A stretch of DNA of 64,000 nt from positions 133,694 through 197,693 of the forward strand of contig CAWANT010000007.1 in the NCBI GenBank assembly GCA_963783495.1, given 5' to 3'. The position numbers and the translations under genes were made by a program. Under the pieces are notes generated by a model. It was not told where the DNA came from. It was given only the letters and a program-made list of their open reading frames with translations, and did not search any database. This stretch comes from an uncultured Chloroflexia bacterium (GTDB taxonomy: Bacteria; Chloroflexota; Limnocylindria; QHBO01). Shown in pieces: positions 30,416 to 40,960 of the stretch (position 1 is the stretch's first letter; the number at the start of each line of letters is the position of its first letter).

Positions 30416-31102
30416 TCAGGCTCCGTAGCGGCGCTGGCGGAGCGCAAACTCGGCCAGCGCCGCGTCCAGATCGGCCTCCCCGAAGTCGGGCCACAGGGTG
30501 CTGCAGAAGATCAGCTCGGCATAGGCGCCCTGCCAGAGCAGGAAGTTGCTGGTGCGCTTCTCGTCGCCGGTGCGGATGATCAGATCCGGGTCCGGCTGGC
30601 CGGACGTGTAGAGGTGCTCGCCCAGCCGCTCCTCGTCGATCTCGTGCGCCGGCACGCCGGCCGCGATCAGCGCCCGCACCGCGTCCACGATCTCGTTGCG
30701 GCCCGAGTAGTTGAAGGCGATGTTCAGTGCCATGCGGGTTCCGCCGCGCGTCTTCTCCTCCGCCTCCCGGATGGAGCGCTGGACGTCCACCGGCGCTTCG
30801 TGCAGGCGACCGATGACGCGCACCCGGACGCCCTGTTCGACCAGCTCATCGGTGTACTGGCGCACAGCGCCGTCGATCAGGCCGAACAGGCCGGTCACCT
30901 CGTCGTCGGGGCGGCGCCAGTTCTCCTGGCTGAAGACGTATAGCGACAGCACTTCGATCTCGCGATCGGGGGCGGTGCGGACGATGGGGACGATCGCCTC
31001 CACGCCCTGGACGTGACCGGCGATGCTGGGCAGACCACGGGCGGCCGCCCAACGGCGGTTCCCGTCCATGATGATGGCGACGTGTCTCGGGCGCTCGCGC
31101 AA
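30416..31102 (-). CDS. uppS: isoprenyl transferase / undecaprenyl-diphosphate synthase
   Basis: Intact 228-aa ORF: HVAIIMDGNRRWA, FSQENWRRP, IRTGDEKRTSNFLLWQ. Confidence 0.95.
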   Translation of the reverse strand: MRERPRHVAIIMDGNRRWAAARGLPSIAGHVQGVEAIVPIVRTAPDREIEVLSLYVFSQENWRRPDDEVTGLFGLIDGAVRQYTDELVEQGVRVRVIGRLHEAPVDVQRSIREAEEKTRGGTRMALNIAFNYSGRNEIVDAVRALIAAGVPAHEIDEERLGEHLYTSGQPDPDLIIRTGDEKRTSNFLLWQGAYAELIFCSTLWPDFGEADLDAALAEFALRQRRYGA

Positions 31103-31109
31103 GGGCGCC

Positions 31110-31667
31110 TCAGACCTCCATCACTTCCGCTTCCTTGCGCTCCGCCCGGCCGTCCACCGCCTCGACGTGGCGATCCGTCAGTCGCTGGAGGTTGTCGAGC
31201 TCGCGGTGCTCCTCGTCCTCCGACAGGTCACCGTCGCGCAGCGCCCGCTTGAGGTGGTCCGCCGCCTCGCGGCGGTGGTTGCGGATCTCCACGCGCGCCT
31301 CCTCGGCGCGGCGTCGAACCTGCTTGACCATCTCCTTGCGGCGCTCCTCGGTGAGCGGCGGCACGTTGAGGCGCACCACCGTGCCATCGACGTTCGGCAC
31401 GAGGCCGATGTCGCTCTTGGTGATTGCCTTCTCGATGGCCGACAGGACCGATCGGTCCCACGGCTGGATCACGATCAGATGCGCATCGGGCGTGCTGATG
31501 CCCGCGATCTGGTTGAGTGGCGTCGCGGTTCCGTAGTAGTCGACCGGGATGCGCTCGACGAGAGCGGTGGAGGCCCGTCCGGTGCGGATGGCGGCGAAGT
31601 CGCGCTCCATCGCTTCCATGGCACGCGCCATCTTCGGCTCCGCCGCAGTCAGGGCTTCATGGGTCAT
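31110..31667 (-). CDS. frr: ribosome recycling factor
   Basis: C-terminal 185 aa of ORF 31110..32306 from [13 protein letters not shown]. Contains [42 protein letters not shown]. Confidence 0.95.
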   Translation of the reverse strand: MTHEALTAAEPKMARAMEAMERDFAAIRTGRASTALVERIPVDYYGTATPLNQIAGISTPDAHLIVIQPWDRSVLSAIEKAITKSDIGLVPNVDGTVVRLNVPPLTEERRKEMVKQVRRRAEEARVEIRNHRREAADHLKRALRDGDLSEDEEHRELDNLQRLTDRHVEAVDGRAERKEAEVMEV

Positions 31668-32414
31668 CCGCTCACCTCCCCGCCGATCAGCGTCCCGATC
31701 GGCTCGCCGTGCACGGCCCGCACGATGTTGCCCGGCTGCGTCATGTCGAACACGACGATCGGCATCTCGTTGTCCATGGCCAGGCTCACGGCAGTCGCAT
31801 CCAGTGCCTCCAGCCGGTTCGACAGGAGGTCGGTGTAGGTGATCTTCTCGTAGCGCCGGGCAGCCGGCTCCTTCTCCGGATCGGCATCGTACACCCCGTC
31901 CACGCGCGTGGCCTTCAGGATCACCTCCGCGCCGATCTCGACCGCGCGCAGCGTGGCGGCCGTGTCGGTGGTGAAGTACGGATTGCCGGTGCCGGCCACC
32001 ATCACCACCGCGCGTCCCTTCTCCAGGTGGCGGATCGCCCGCCGCCGGATGTACGGCTCGCAGATCTCCGGCATGGCGATGGCCGACAGCACCCGCGTCG
32101 GGCAGCCGGCCTGCTCGAGCGCGTCCTGGATGGCCAGGCCGTTCATGACGGTGGCCAGCATGCCCATGTAGTCCGCCGTTGACCGGTCCATGCCCGTCGC
32201 TGCCGCCGACAGGCCGCGGAAGATGTTCCCGCCGCCGACCACGATGGCGATCTGCACGCCGTCCTCGGCCCGCCTCGGCCACCTGGCCGGCGATGTCGCG
32301 GGCCACCTCGGGATCGATCCCGTACTGGCGCGGTCCCCATCAGCGCCTCGCCGGAGAGCTTCAGCAGCACCCGGCGATAGCGCCGTGGGTCGCGTGGCGG
32401 CCCGCTCCGACCAC
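31664..32414 (-). CDS. pyrH: UMP kinase, about 3 frameshifts
   Basis: Fragments: [15 protein letters not shown] (ORF 32143..32370), [16 protein letters not shown] (start of ORF 31110..32306), [13 protein letters not shown]...[13 protein letters not shown] (ORF 31664..32590). The start assignment (GTG at 32414) is tentative. Confidence 0.85.
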
Positions 32415-32415
32415 C

Positions 32416-33051
32416 CTAGGCGGCCTCCTCGCCGTCCTGCTCGCCGGCCGTCTCGCCCACCGCCATGCGCGCGAAGCGGGCGACCCGGATGTTCTCGCCC
32501 AGCTTGGCGACGCTCTCGGTGATCAGGTCGGCGACCTTCTTGTCGGTGTCGCGATACGGCTGCTCCAGCAGCACCACCGACTCGAGCCACTTGTTCAGCT
32601 TGCCCTCGACGATGTCGCCGATCCGATCGGCCGGGCGCCCTTCGGCGGCAGCCTCATCGGAGAAGGCACGCCGCTTCTCGTCCAGCGCGTCGGCCGGCAC
32701 GTCCTCGCGGCTGACGAACAGCGGTCCGAGGCCGGCGACCTGCATCGCCAGCTCCCGCGCCAGCTGCTGGAAGTCGTCCGTGCGCGCCACGAAGTCCGTC
32801 TCGCAGTTCAGCTCCAGCAGCACGCCAAGGCGGCCGCCGTGATGGATGTAGCTGGTCACCACGCCCTCGCGGGCCTCGCGGCCGGCCTTCTTGGCCGCCG
32901 TCGACAGGCCCTTGGCGCGCAGCCAGGCGACCGCCTTGTCGACGTCGCCCTCGCTCTCCTCGAGCGCTCGCTTGCAGTCCATGATCCCGGCGCCCGTCTG
33001 GTCGCGCAGCTGCTTGACATCCTCGGGCTTGATCATCGTCGTCTGAGTCAT
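32416..33051 (-). CDS. tsf: elongation factor Ts
   Basis: C-terminal 211 aa of ORF 32416..33399 from [32 protein letters not shown]. Contains [22 protein letters not shown]. Confidence 0.95.
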   Translation of the reverse strand: MTQTTMIKPEDVKQLRDQTGAGIMDCKRALEESEGDVDKAVAWLRAKGLSTAAKKAGREAREGVVTSYIHHGGRLGVLLELNCETDFVARTDDFQQLARELAMQVAGLGPLFVSREDVPADALDEKRRAFSDEAAAEGRPADRIGDIVEGKLNKWLESVVLLEQPYRDTDKKVADLITESVAKLGENIRVARFARMAVGETAGEQDGEEAA

Positions 33052-33091
33052 TTCCTTCCTGGTCTTCCTGTGTTCCCGATCACCGCCGCCG

Positions 33092-34006
33092 CTAGGCGCT
33101 GGCTGCGTCGACCTCTGGTTCGCTCTCTTCTTCGGCCGCTTCGGCGGCGCGGCGGGCACGGGCCCGGCGCTCCTCCTCCTCGTCCTCCTCCGGCTCGGGC
33201 TCGAACACGAGCGCCTCGCCGGCGGCCAGGGCGGCGGTGTAATCCGTGTCCTCGGCCAGTGCCGCCTCGTCGACCGGCGGCAGCGCCTCGGCCTGCTCGA
33301 ACTCCTCGTCGAGCCGCGCCTGCCGCTCCTGGTTGGCGGCAAGCACCGCATCGGCCACCTTCTCGCAGATGAGCCGCACGGAGCGGATGGCGTCGTCATT
33401 GGCCGGGATGACCCAGTCGATCAGATCCGGGTCGCAGTTGGTGTCGGTCATGGCCACGATCGGGATCTCGAGCCGTCGCGCCTCCGCCACGGCGATCGAC
33501 TCCCGGTGCGGGTCGACCACGAACAGCGCTCCCGGCAGGCGCCGCATGCGACGGATGCCGCCCAGCGCGTGGTTCAGCTTCTCGATCTCTTCGCTGAGCT
33601 TGCTGGCTTCCTTCTTGGTCAGCCGCTCGAACTCACCCGCCTCGCGGCGTGCCTCGAGCGCCTCCAGGCGCTGGATCCGCCGCTTGATGGTGGTGAAGTT
33701 GGTCAGCATGCCGCCCAGCCAGCGGTTGTTGACGTAGTGCTGGCCGCTGCGCTCGGCCTCGGCCGCAATCGACTCCTGGGCCTGCTTCTTGGTGCCGACG
33801 AAGAGGATGCTGTCGCCGCGGCGGACCGTGTCGGAGATGAAGTCGAGCGCAGCCTCAAGCCGCGAGACGGTCTGGGCCAGGTCGATGATGTGGATCCCGT
33901 TGCGCTCCGCGAAGATGTAGGGGCGCATCTTGGGATTCCAGCGGCGGGTCTGGTGTCCGAAGTGGACGCCCGCCTCCAGGAGCTGCTTCATGGATGTGGC
34001 AGCCAA
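33092..34006 (-). CDS. rpsB: 30S ribosomal protein S2 with acidic C-terminal tail
   Basis: ORF 33092..34183: [40 protein letters not shown]. The best start is TTG at 34006, 7 nt after GGAGG. Confidence 0.95.
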   Translation of the reverse strand: MAATSMKQLLEAGVHFGHQTRRWNPKMRPYIFAERNGIHIIDLAQTVSRLEAALDFISDTVRRGDSILFVGTKKQAQESIAAEAERSGQHYVNNRWLGGMLTNFTTIKRRIQRLEALEARREAGEFERLTKKEASKLSEEIEKLNHALGGIRRMRRLPGALFVVDPHRESIAVAEARRLEIPIVAMTDTNCDPDLIDWVIPANDDAIRSVRLICEKVADAVLAANQERQARLDEEFEQAEALPPVDEAALAEDTDYTAALAAGEALVFEPEPEEDEEEERRARARRAAEAAEEESEPEVDAASA

Positions 34007-34173
34007 GCAAGAACCTCCGGTTCGTTCCTCCGCCCGCTTCGACTCCGCGCGATCGACCCGTGCGCCATGCGGCGCGCCGGGCACCGTGGATCGCGAGATC
34101 CGCGAGCGTGTGTGATGGGAATAGCTCGGTTCGCGTGCTGGCCCGATCGAGGCCATTGACGAACCGATGGCCG

Positions 34174-34182
34174 AGTATAGCA
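34174..34182 (-). promoter_or_regulatory. extended -10 element TGCTATACT upstream of rpsB
   Basis: Exact 9-mer on the minus strand about 170 nt upstream of the rpsB start. Confidence 0.45.
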
Positions 34183-34382
34183 CGGATGTTCGCCGGGACC
34201 CGCCTCGGCGCGGCGCGGGACGGCACCGTCAACTGCTCAGCGCAGCCCACACAACGGTACCGAAGTACCCCATCCCCACCCGCAGGTACCTTGACCGATC
34301 AGAGCCCGCTCCTAGCATCGGCCTGCCGTCGAGGGCGGATGGCTCGCCTCCGACGCGTTGCGCAGCAGGCACCGGAGGCACG

Positions 34383-35541
34383 ATGTCGTTCCGTTCGCAC
34401 CGTCCCACGCTTCCTCGATCCATCCGGCCGACGCCGCTCATCCTGGCCGGCGCCCTGGTGGTGGCCATCGCCGCCGGCTCGCTCGGCACGCTGCCGGCGG
34501 CCGCCAGCGATCGGGTGGTGGTCGTGCAGGCGGGGCAGACGCTGAGCCAGATCGCAGCGGCACACGGCACGACCGTCGAGCGGCTGGTGGCGCTGAACCA
34601 CATCGCCGACCCGAACCGGATCTACGTCGGTCAGCGCATTCGGGTGCGGTCGGGATCGACGTCGGCTGCCCGGCCGGCGCACCGCCGCCCAGCCCGTGCT
34701 GCACCGCATCGCCTACGGCGAGACGCTGACCGGGATCGCCGGGCGGTACGGCACCACCATCCGGGCCCTGGTCATCCGCAACGGCCTGGTCGACGCCTCG
34801 CGAATCTACGCCGGCCAGCTGCTGCGCATCTCCGGTGGCCATCGCCAGGCGCGTCGCGCGCACGGCGGGTCGCAGCCTTCGGGCGGTGCGTCGCGACCGG
34901 CCCGTCACGCTCGGCCGATCCTTCACATCGTGCGCGCCGGCGAGACGCTGTCCGGCATTGCCGTCCGCTACCGCGTGACCGTCGACGCCATCGCGGCCGC
35001 CAACCGACTGGCCAATCCGTCATTCATCCGCGCCGGCCAGCAGCTGCGCATTCCGGGCGCGCGCCGGTCCGCTCCGGCGAAGGTGCGCCACCACGCGCCG
35101 CAGTCACGGCTGGGCATGCCGCCGTCGATGGCGGTTCTCGTCCGGCAGCGCGGCGGGATGCGGCGGGTGATCGTCCAGGAGGCCCGGCGCCAGCACGTCC
35201 CGCGCGCCCTCGCGATGGCGGTCGCCTGGCAGGAGTCGGGTTGGCAGGAGCGCGTGGTGTCCAGCGCCGGCGCCATCGGCGTCATGCAGCTGCTGCCAGC
35301 GACCGCCGACTGGGTGAGCGCGACGATGCTGGGCGAGCGAGTCAACCTGTGGAACGCACGCAGCAACGTGCGAGCCGGCGTGTCGCTGCTGAAGCACTAC
35401 CTGGCCCGCTATGGCAGCCGGCCGATGGCGCTGGCCGCCTACTACCAGGGGCAGGCAGGCACCGATCGACACGGGATCTACCCGGTCTCGCAGTCGTATA
35501 TCGCCTCCATCCTGCTGCTGGAGCGCATGTTCCGCAGCTGA
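34383..35541 (+). CDS. secreted LysM (x3) lytic transglycosylase, one frameshift
   Basis: The ATG at 34383 is followed by a signal-like LILAGALVVAIAAGSLG. Three LysM repeats (VQAGQTLSQIAAAHG, AYGETLTGIAGRYG, VRAGETLSGIAVRYR) and an SLT domain (AWQESGWQ, GVMQL, AAYYQG). ORFs 34167..35558 and 34696..35541 join near 34690. Confidence 0.8.
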
Positions 35542-35915
35542 GCCGCCGCTACCACTGATCGACTCCAGGCCAGCGCGACAGGCGCCAGGCCATCGCCGGC
35601 GCGCGTGAGCGCCACCAGGTCGATACGCAGCACCGTCGCCGCTGAGCGCCGCTGCGCCGCGTAGTCGGCCAGCGTCCTTCGCAGCCGGACCAGCCGCCGG
35701 GCGTCGAGCGCCTCCGCCGGACCGCCGGCCCGTGAGGTCCGACGCAGCTTGACCTCGACGCCGACCAGGGCGCCATCGGGATCCAGGCAGACCAGGTCGA
35801 TCTCGCCTGACGCGGACCGCCAGCGCCGCGCGAGCACGCGCCACCCGCGGCTCGACAGCCAGGCAGCCGTCGCCTCCTCGGCCCGTTGCCCGAGCCATTG
35901 CTGCGGCGCGGCCAT
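35478..35915 (-). CDS. yraN: YraN family (UPF0102) endonuclease-like protein
   Basis: ORF 35478..35915: GQRAEEATAAWLSSRGWRVLARRWRSASGEIDLV...LVGVEVKLR. The 3' end may be shifted by an indel. Confidence 0.75.
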   Translation of the reverse strand: MAAPQQWLGQRAEEATAAWLSSRGWRVLARRWRSASGEIDLVCLDPDGALVGVEVKLRRTSRAGGPAEALDARRLVRLRRTLADYAAQRRSAATVLRIDLVALTRAGDGLAPVALAWSRSVVAAAQLRNMRSSSRMEAIYDCETG

Positions 35916-35952
35916 GGCGATCCTCCGTCAGGAGGCGAGCGGTTGGCTGCGA

Positions 35953-36781
35953 TCAGCCGGCGGCGGCCAGCTCCTCTTCGGCGAGTTCGTCGTCAAGGTG
36001 TGGCTCACCCGCGACCAGCTGCTCAGCCGCCAGCTCGTCGTCCGGGTCGAGCTCGTCCTCGGTCGGCATCTGGTCGTCGAACAGCAGGTCCAGGCTGAGC
36101 TGCTCCCCGGCCAGGAGCATGCGGAGGGGCGCGAACGAGCGGCGGTGCCACTCGCAGGGACCCTCGTTGAGCAGGGCTTCCACGTGGCGCCGCGTGCCGT
36201 AGCCCTTGTTGCGGGCGAAGCCGTAGGCCGGGTAGCGGAGCGTCCAGCTCGGTGCAGATGCGGTCGCGCGTCACCTTCGCCACGATGCTGGCGGCCGCGA
36301 TCGAGGCACTGATCGCATCGCCATTGATGATCGGCCGCTGGGGCAGGTCCACCTCGCGCAGGCTGAGCGCGTCGATGACCAGGTGGTCCGGCTGCTGCGG
36401 CAGGCGCCGCAGCGCCTCGGTCATGGCCATCTTCGTTGCCTGCAGGATGTTGATGCGGTCGATCACCTCGACCTCCATGCAGCCAACTCCCACCGCTTGC
36501 GCCCGATCCAGGATCTGGGCGTACAGCGCCTCCCGCCGAGCGCGCGGCACCACCTTGCTGTCACGCAGGCCTTTGATCCGATGGCGCTCGGGCAGGATCA
36601 CGGCCGCTGCCACCACGGGTCCCGCCAGGGATCCGCGGCCTACCTCGTCGATGCCGGCGATGCGCTCGAAGCCGGCCAGCCGCAGCTCACGCTCGTGCCG
36701 CATGTGGGCGTCCCGCGGACGCTGGTGCTTGCGGCGCACGGTCCGGCGCCGAACGACCGATCCCATGACGAGATCGGTCAT
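35953..36781 (-). CDS. rnhB: ribonuclease HII with acidic C-terminal extension, one frameshift
   Basis: ORF 36023..36781 ([32 protein letters not shown]) joins ORF 35953..36183 ([13 protein letters not shown] plus a 55-aa acidic tail). The frame switches around 36240. Confidence 0.85.
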
Positions 36782-36785
36782 TGCG

Positions 36786-37127
36786 TCAGCGGCGCTCGCG
36801 CAGGGTGGCGGACTTGCCGACGCGGCCGCGCAGGAAGTAGAGCTGGGCCCGGCGAGCGACGCCGTGCCGAACCACCTCGATCTTCTCCACGCGCGGCGCG
36901 TGCACCATGAAGGTCCGCTCGACCCCGACGCCGCTGGCGATGCGGCGCACCGTGATCTGCTCGTTCAGGCCGCCGCCGCGCTTACGCATCACCGTTCCCT
37001 CGAACACCTGGACTCGCTCGCGGTTGCCCTCCACGACCTTGACCGAGACGCGCACGGTGTCACCCGCGGCGACCTGCGGTACGTCGGTGCGGAGCTGCTC
37101 GCGCTCGAGCTCCTTGATGGCATCCAT
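36786..37127 (-). CDS. rplS: 50S ribosomal protein L19
   Basis: Intact 113-aa ORF: [42 protein letters not shown]. Confidence 0.95.
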   Translation of the reverse strand: MDAIKELEREQLRTDVPQVAAGDTVRVSVKVVEGNRERVQVFEGTVMRKRGGGLNEQITVRRIASGVGVERTFMVHAPRVEKIEVVRHGVARRAQLYFLRGRVGKSATLRERR

Positions 37128-37240
37128 GGTGAGGCGACCTCATTATCGCGGCCTTAGCCGCGCCTTATCAGCGATTGCTGCGCCCGGCGGCGTGCGCGGG
37201 GCGTGAAGAACGCGACCGATGGCTCGGCCGCGACCGGCGG

Positions 37241-37268
37241 AGTATAGCAGTCCGGCCGCCCTGGGCAA
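37241..37268 (-). promoter_or_regulatory. promoter upstream of rplS: -35 TTGCCC, 16-nt spacer, extended -10 TGCTATACT
   Basis: Lies in the trmD-rplS intergenic region. On the minus strand, TTGCCC is at 37268..37263 and TGCTATACT at 37249..37241. An 8-bp hairpin CCGGCCGC/GCGGCCGG overlaps the -35 region. Confidence 0.5.
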
Positions 37269-37295
37269 TCGCGGCCGGAAGGGAAACCTCGATCG

Positions 37296-38025
37296 TCAGT
37301 CGGCCGTGCCGTCGCGCAGCGCTGCCAGCCAACGGCGATCCTCATCGTCCAGGTCGGCCTTCTCCAGCAGGTCAGGGCGGCGGATCAGGGTCCGTCGCAG
37401 GGCCTCACGCCGTCGCCAGCGGTCCACGTCGCCGTGGTGACCCGACAGCAGGACGGATGGCACCGCTTCGCCCTCGTATTCCTCGGGCCGGGTGTACTGC
37501 GGATGCTCCAGCAGGCCGGTGGCAAAGGAGTCGGATGCCGACGATGCCTCGTCGATCACGCCCGGCACCAGGCGGGCCACCGCATCGATCACCACCAGCG
37601 CAGGCAGCTCGCCGCCGGTCAGGACGTAATCACCGATGCTGACCTCCCGATCCGCCAGCGCTCGCGATGCGCTCGTCGATGCCCTCGTAGCGCCCGCAGA
37701 CCAGCGCCAGGTGATCCTGCGCGGCCAGCTCCCTGGCCATGGCATCGGTCAGCCGTTCGCCGGCTGGGTCGAGCAGGATGATCAGGGCGCCAGCCTCGCG
37801 GAGCGGTTGCACCGCCGCCGACAGTGGCTCGGGGCGGAGCACCATCCCCGCTCCCCCGCCGTACGGATAGTCGTCCACCGACCGATGACGGCCGAGGCCG
37901 TGCTCGCGCAGGTCATGCGCCGCGACTTCGACCAGGCCACGCTCGACGGCGCGCCCGATGACGGAGGTGCGCAGCGGGAGGTCGAAGAGCTCGGGGAACA
38001 GCGTCACCACATCGATCCGCAGCAT
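37296..38025 (-). CDS. trmD: tRNA (guanine37-N1)-methyltransferase, one frameshift
   Basis: ORF 37630..38025 ([39 protein letters not shown]) joins ORF 37296..37745 ([21 protein letters not shown]). The frame switches around 37660. Confidence 0.9.
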
Positions 38026-38028
38026 CGG

Positions 38029-38547
38029 TCAGCGAACCTCCTCCGGCTCGTAACGGACCGTCATCGTTCCGTCCTCCAGGTCGATCTCGCGCACGACGTC
38101 GCGCAGCGCCGGCAGGAGCAGCTCCGGTCGGCCATCGGCCTCGACGCGGTAGACCTCGTTCTCCCCGGCGCGGAAGATCTCGACCAGCCGGCCAAGCTCG
38201 CGGCCCGCCTCATCGGTCACCCGCAGGCCGATCAGCTGATGCCAGTAGTAGTGGCCCGCTGGCAGAGGCTCGCCCTCAACCTCCAGATAGCGCCCGGATA
38301 GCGCCTCCGCATCCTCTCGCCGCTCCACGCCTTCCAGCCGGACGACGGGCACCCGACCGCCGAGCTCCACCTCGCGGATCCGGCGCGGCGCCTGCTCACC
38401 TTCGACGAACAATGTGGCGCCGACGGTCAGCCGATCATCACGGTCGGTGAGGACCTCCAGCCGCATGGCGCCGGCCAGCCCTTTGGGACCGATGATCCGC
38501 GCGGCCGCCAGCCGGTCACTCGTCGGTGACGATCTCCAGCTCGACAT
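38029..38547 (-). CDS. rimM: 16S rRNA processing protein RimM
   Basis: Intact ORF: IIGPKGLAGAMRLEV, PLPAGHYYWHQLIGLRV, and the PRC-barrel end. The start may be a little downstream of 38547. Confidence 0.85.
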   Translation of the reverse strand: MSSWRSSPTSDRLAAARIIGPKGLAGAMRLEVLTDRDDRLTVGATLFVEGEQAPRRIREVELGGRVPVVRLEGVERREDAEALSGRYLEVEGEPLPAGHYYWHQLIGLRVTDEAGRELGRLVEIFRAGENEVYRVEADGRPELLLPALRDVVREIDLEDGTMTVRYEPEEVR

Positions 38548-38752
38548 GCCGGCCGTCGCGCGCGCCCATGACGCGCAGAAGGCTGCGGATGGCGTTGGCG
38601 ATGCGCCCGTCGCGACCGATCACCCGGCCCATGTCCGCCTGCTCGACGTTCAGGACCAGCGACACCTCGTCCTCGTCCTCCTCGACCTCCACGACGACCC
38701 CGTCGGGATTGTCGACCAGGGACTTGGCGACGTACTCGAGGAACTCCTTCAT
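38516..38752 (-). CDS. KH domain RNA-binding protein (YlqC / UPF0109)
   Basis: Intact 78-aa ORF: MKEFLEYVAKSLVDNPDGV, MGRVIGRDGRIANAIRSLL. It occupies the canonical slot between rpsP and rimM. Confidence 0.85.
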   Translation of the reverse strand: MKEFLEYVAKSLVDNPDGVVVEVEEDEDEVSLVLNVEQADMGRVIGRDGRIANAIRSLLRVMGARDGRHVELEIVTDE

Positions 38753-39343
38753 TCCTTGGCCGCCTCGGTCTCGTCAGCCGGCTTGGGTTCGTCGCCTGCC
38801 TTGGCCTCAGTGGCTGGCTCTGCTGCTGAGGCGGAAGCGGCCTCGGCCGCCGGCTCTTCAGCTGACTCGACCGGCGCGGCCTCCTCAACCGATTCGACCG
38901 CTTCCGCGGCCTCGGCCGCCTCAGTGTCGGTAGCTTCCGCGGCTGCTTCTGCCTCCGCTGCGGGCTCCACTGCCGCCTCTGCCGGCGCGGATGCCGCAGG
39001 GGGAGCCGCAGGCTCGGCCTTGGCGCGCCTTGGTCGCCTTTGGCTTGCGTGGCGGCTTGGGCGCGGCCTTCGCCGGAGCGCTGACCGGCGCCGACGGTGC
39101 GCTGGCCATGCCAGCCTGGCGCATCAAGCGCCCGACGCTGTCGGACGGCTTGGCGCCCTTCGCGATCCAGGCGTCCAGGCGCTCGGCGTCGAGCTTAACG
39201 GTGGCGGGCTCAGTCAACGGGTCATAGAAGCCGAGGATCTCGAGCGAGCGGCCGTCACGCGGGCGACGGCTGTCGATGGCCACCACGCGATAGCTGGGCC
39301 GTTTGGTGGCCCCAACGCGGGTAAGCCTGATACGTACTGCCAA
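38749..39343 (-). CDS. rpsP: 30S ribosomal protein S16 with long Ala/Glu-rich C-terminal extension, one frameshift
   Basis: ORF 38921..39343 (MAVRIRLTRVGATKRPSYRVVAIDSRRPRDGR, LGFYDP) joins ORF 38749..38970 (EAEAAAEATDTEAAEAAEAV...). The frame switches around 39020. Confidence 0.85.
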
Positions 39344-39389
39344 GTGATTCCTTCCTTACTGATGGACCGATGCTAAGCCGACGACGCGT

Positions 39390-40955
39390 TCAACGCACGG
39401 TCAGCACGATGTGCAATTCGGTGTTGCCGTCGCGGGCCGGAGCGGTCAGCCCCAGGGCGCCGACGGTGAGCAGGATATCGCGAGCGTCGCCAGTCGTGCC
39501 GAGCGCGTCGTCGGACGCGTCGACGATGGCACCGATATCCACGAACGCCTCGTTGCCGCCACGGTCGCCGGCCAGCTCCCAGGCGGCACGGTACCGCGCG
39601 TTGGCCGCCAGCGTCTGTCCGCTGGCATGGGCCGCCAGGGCGGCGGCAACGTCCTCGGCCGTGAGGCCGGCCACGATGACGCCGTCGGACACCGCCCAGG
39701 ACACGCTCCCGACCTGTGGCACCTCAACGGTGGTGATCGTCAGGCCGGCGGCTTCCGACTCGCCCACCTGGCCGCCTTGCGCGCCGATGGCGTCGCGTAA
39801 GCGCTCGAGCGTCGCGGTGGCTACGGCCGCGTCCGACGGGCGAAGCAGCAGCTGCCCGTGTGGCGCATCGGTCAGGACATCCGCCAGACCAATGGCCGCC
39901 TCCGCGCTGAAAAGCGCCGAGCACGTCCCTGTCCAGGTCGATGCCCAGGCCGAAGGCCGCCAGCGCCCGCAGCTGGTTGAGGGTGTCGATGATGTCCTGC
40001 GCGTCCGGCTGCGCGCCGAGCGCCGTCCTCAGCGGCCTGGGCTGCGCGCTGCACGTCGAAGATGGCGGCGCTGGCCTGGGTGTCGGCGGGAAGCCACTCG
40101 GCCAGCGTCGACGGCTCGCGACCGGCGGCAAAGTCGGCCCGCTCCTCGGCGGAGGCCAGGCTGCTGTCGAACGGCGCAATCGCGTCCAGCCGCAACCCGT
40201 CGGGTTCGGCGAGGAGGGCGGCGCTGACGGTCGAGTAGCCACCGACCTGCCCCTCCGCGCCCGCCTGCTCGGCCGCTCCGGCCAGGTTCAGGTACGCGGA
40301 GGCCAGGTGGTCGGCTGGCAGGCGCCGCATGGCTGCGGCGTATCCCGCGTCATCGGCCAGCGAAGGACGAACGTCGGCTTCGGCATCAAGCGCCGCTTCC
40401 AGCGAGGCACGGTCGGTGGTCGCGATCAGCAGGTCTTCGAGCACGGCCCAGGCCAGCCCATCGGCAACGGTGATGGCGGTGTCCTCGATAGGTCCCCTGC
40501 GTTCCGGTCAGGCCGCGGGCGGCAGCGATCGTCGCCATCCCCGACTCGGCCGCCGCCTGGTCTTTCACCGCCGCCAGCAGGGACGGTGACGGCATCGCGA
40601 CATCGCCAGCCTCCGGCCGCAGCGCGATCGACAGCTGGTTCCCGAGCCAGGGGCGGACGTCGGCCTCGTAGTCGATGCCCGCCTGGCCCAGGAAGCGGGC
40701 GGCGATCTCGTGGATCTTCTGGTCGAGGTTCGCTGCGTCGGAGAAGCCGGGCACATGGCCCAGCATCAGGGCCAGGTTCATCTGCTGCCCGGTCGACGGC
40801 TGCAGGTAGACGGTGGCGTAGGCAACGGCATCGGCGGGAACGGCACGCGCCGCGCGATCACTCCCGGCCGCAAAGAGGGTCAGGTAGCCGGCGACAACGG
40901 TGGCCCCGACCAGGCCGATGAAGATGGTCAGGGCGATGATCAGCCTCTGCAGCAC
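39390..40955 (-). CDS. membrane-anchored hypothetical protein (DUF3352-like), about 3 frameshifts
   Basis: ORFs 40386..40955 (N-terminal TM LIIALTIFIGLVGATVVAGYL), 39872..40444, 39724..40242 and 39390..39767 read as one roughly 520-aa protein. The family call is from memory only. Confidence 0.55.
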
Positions 40956-40960
40956 TCCCG

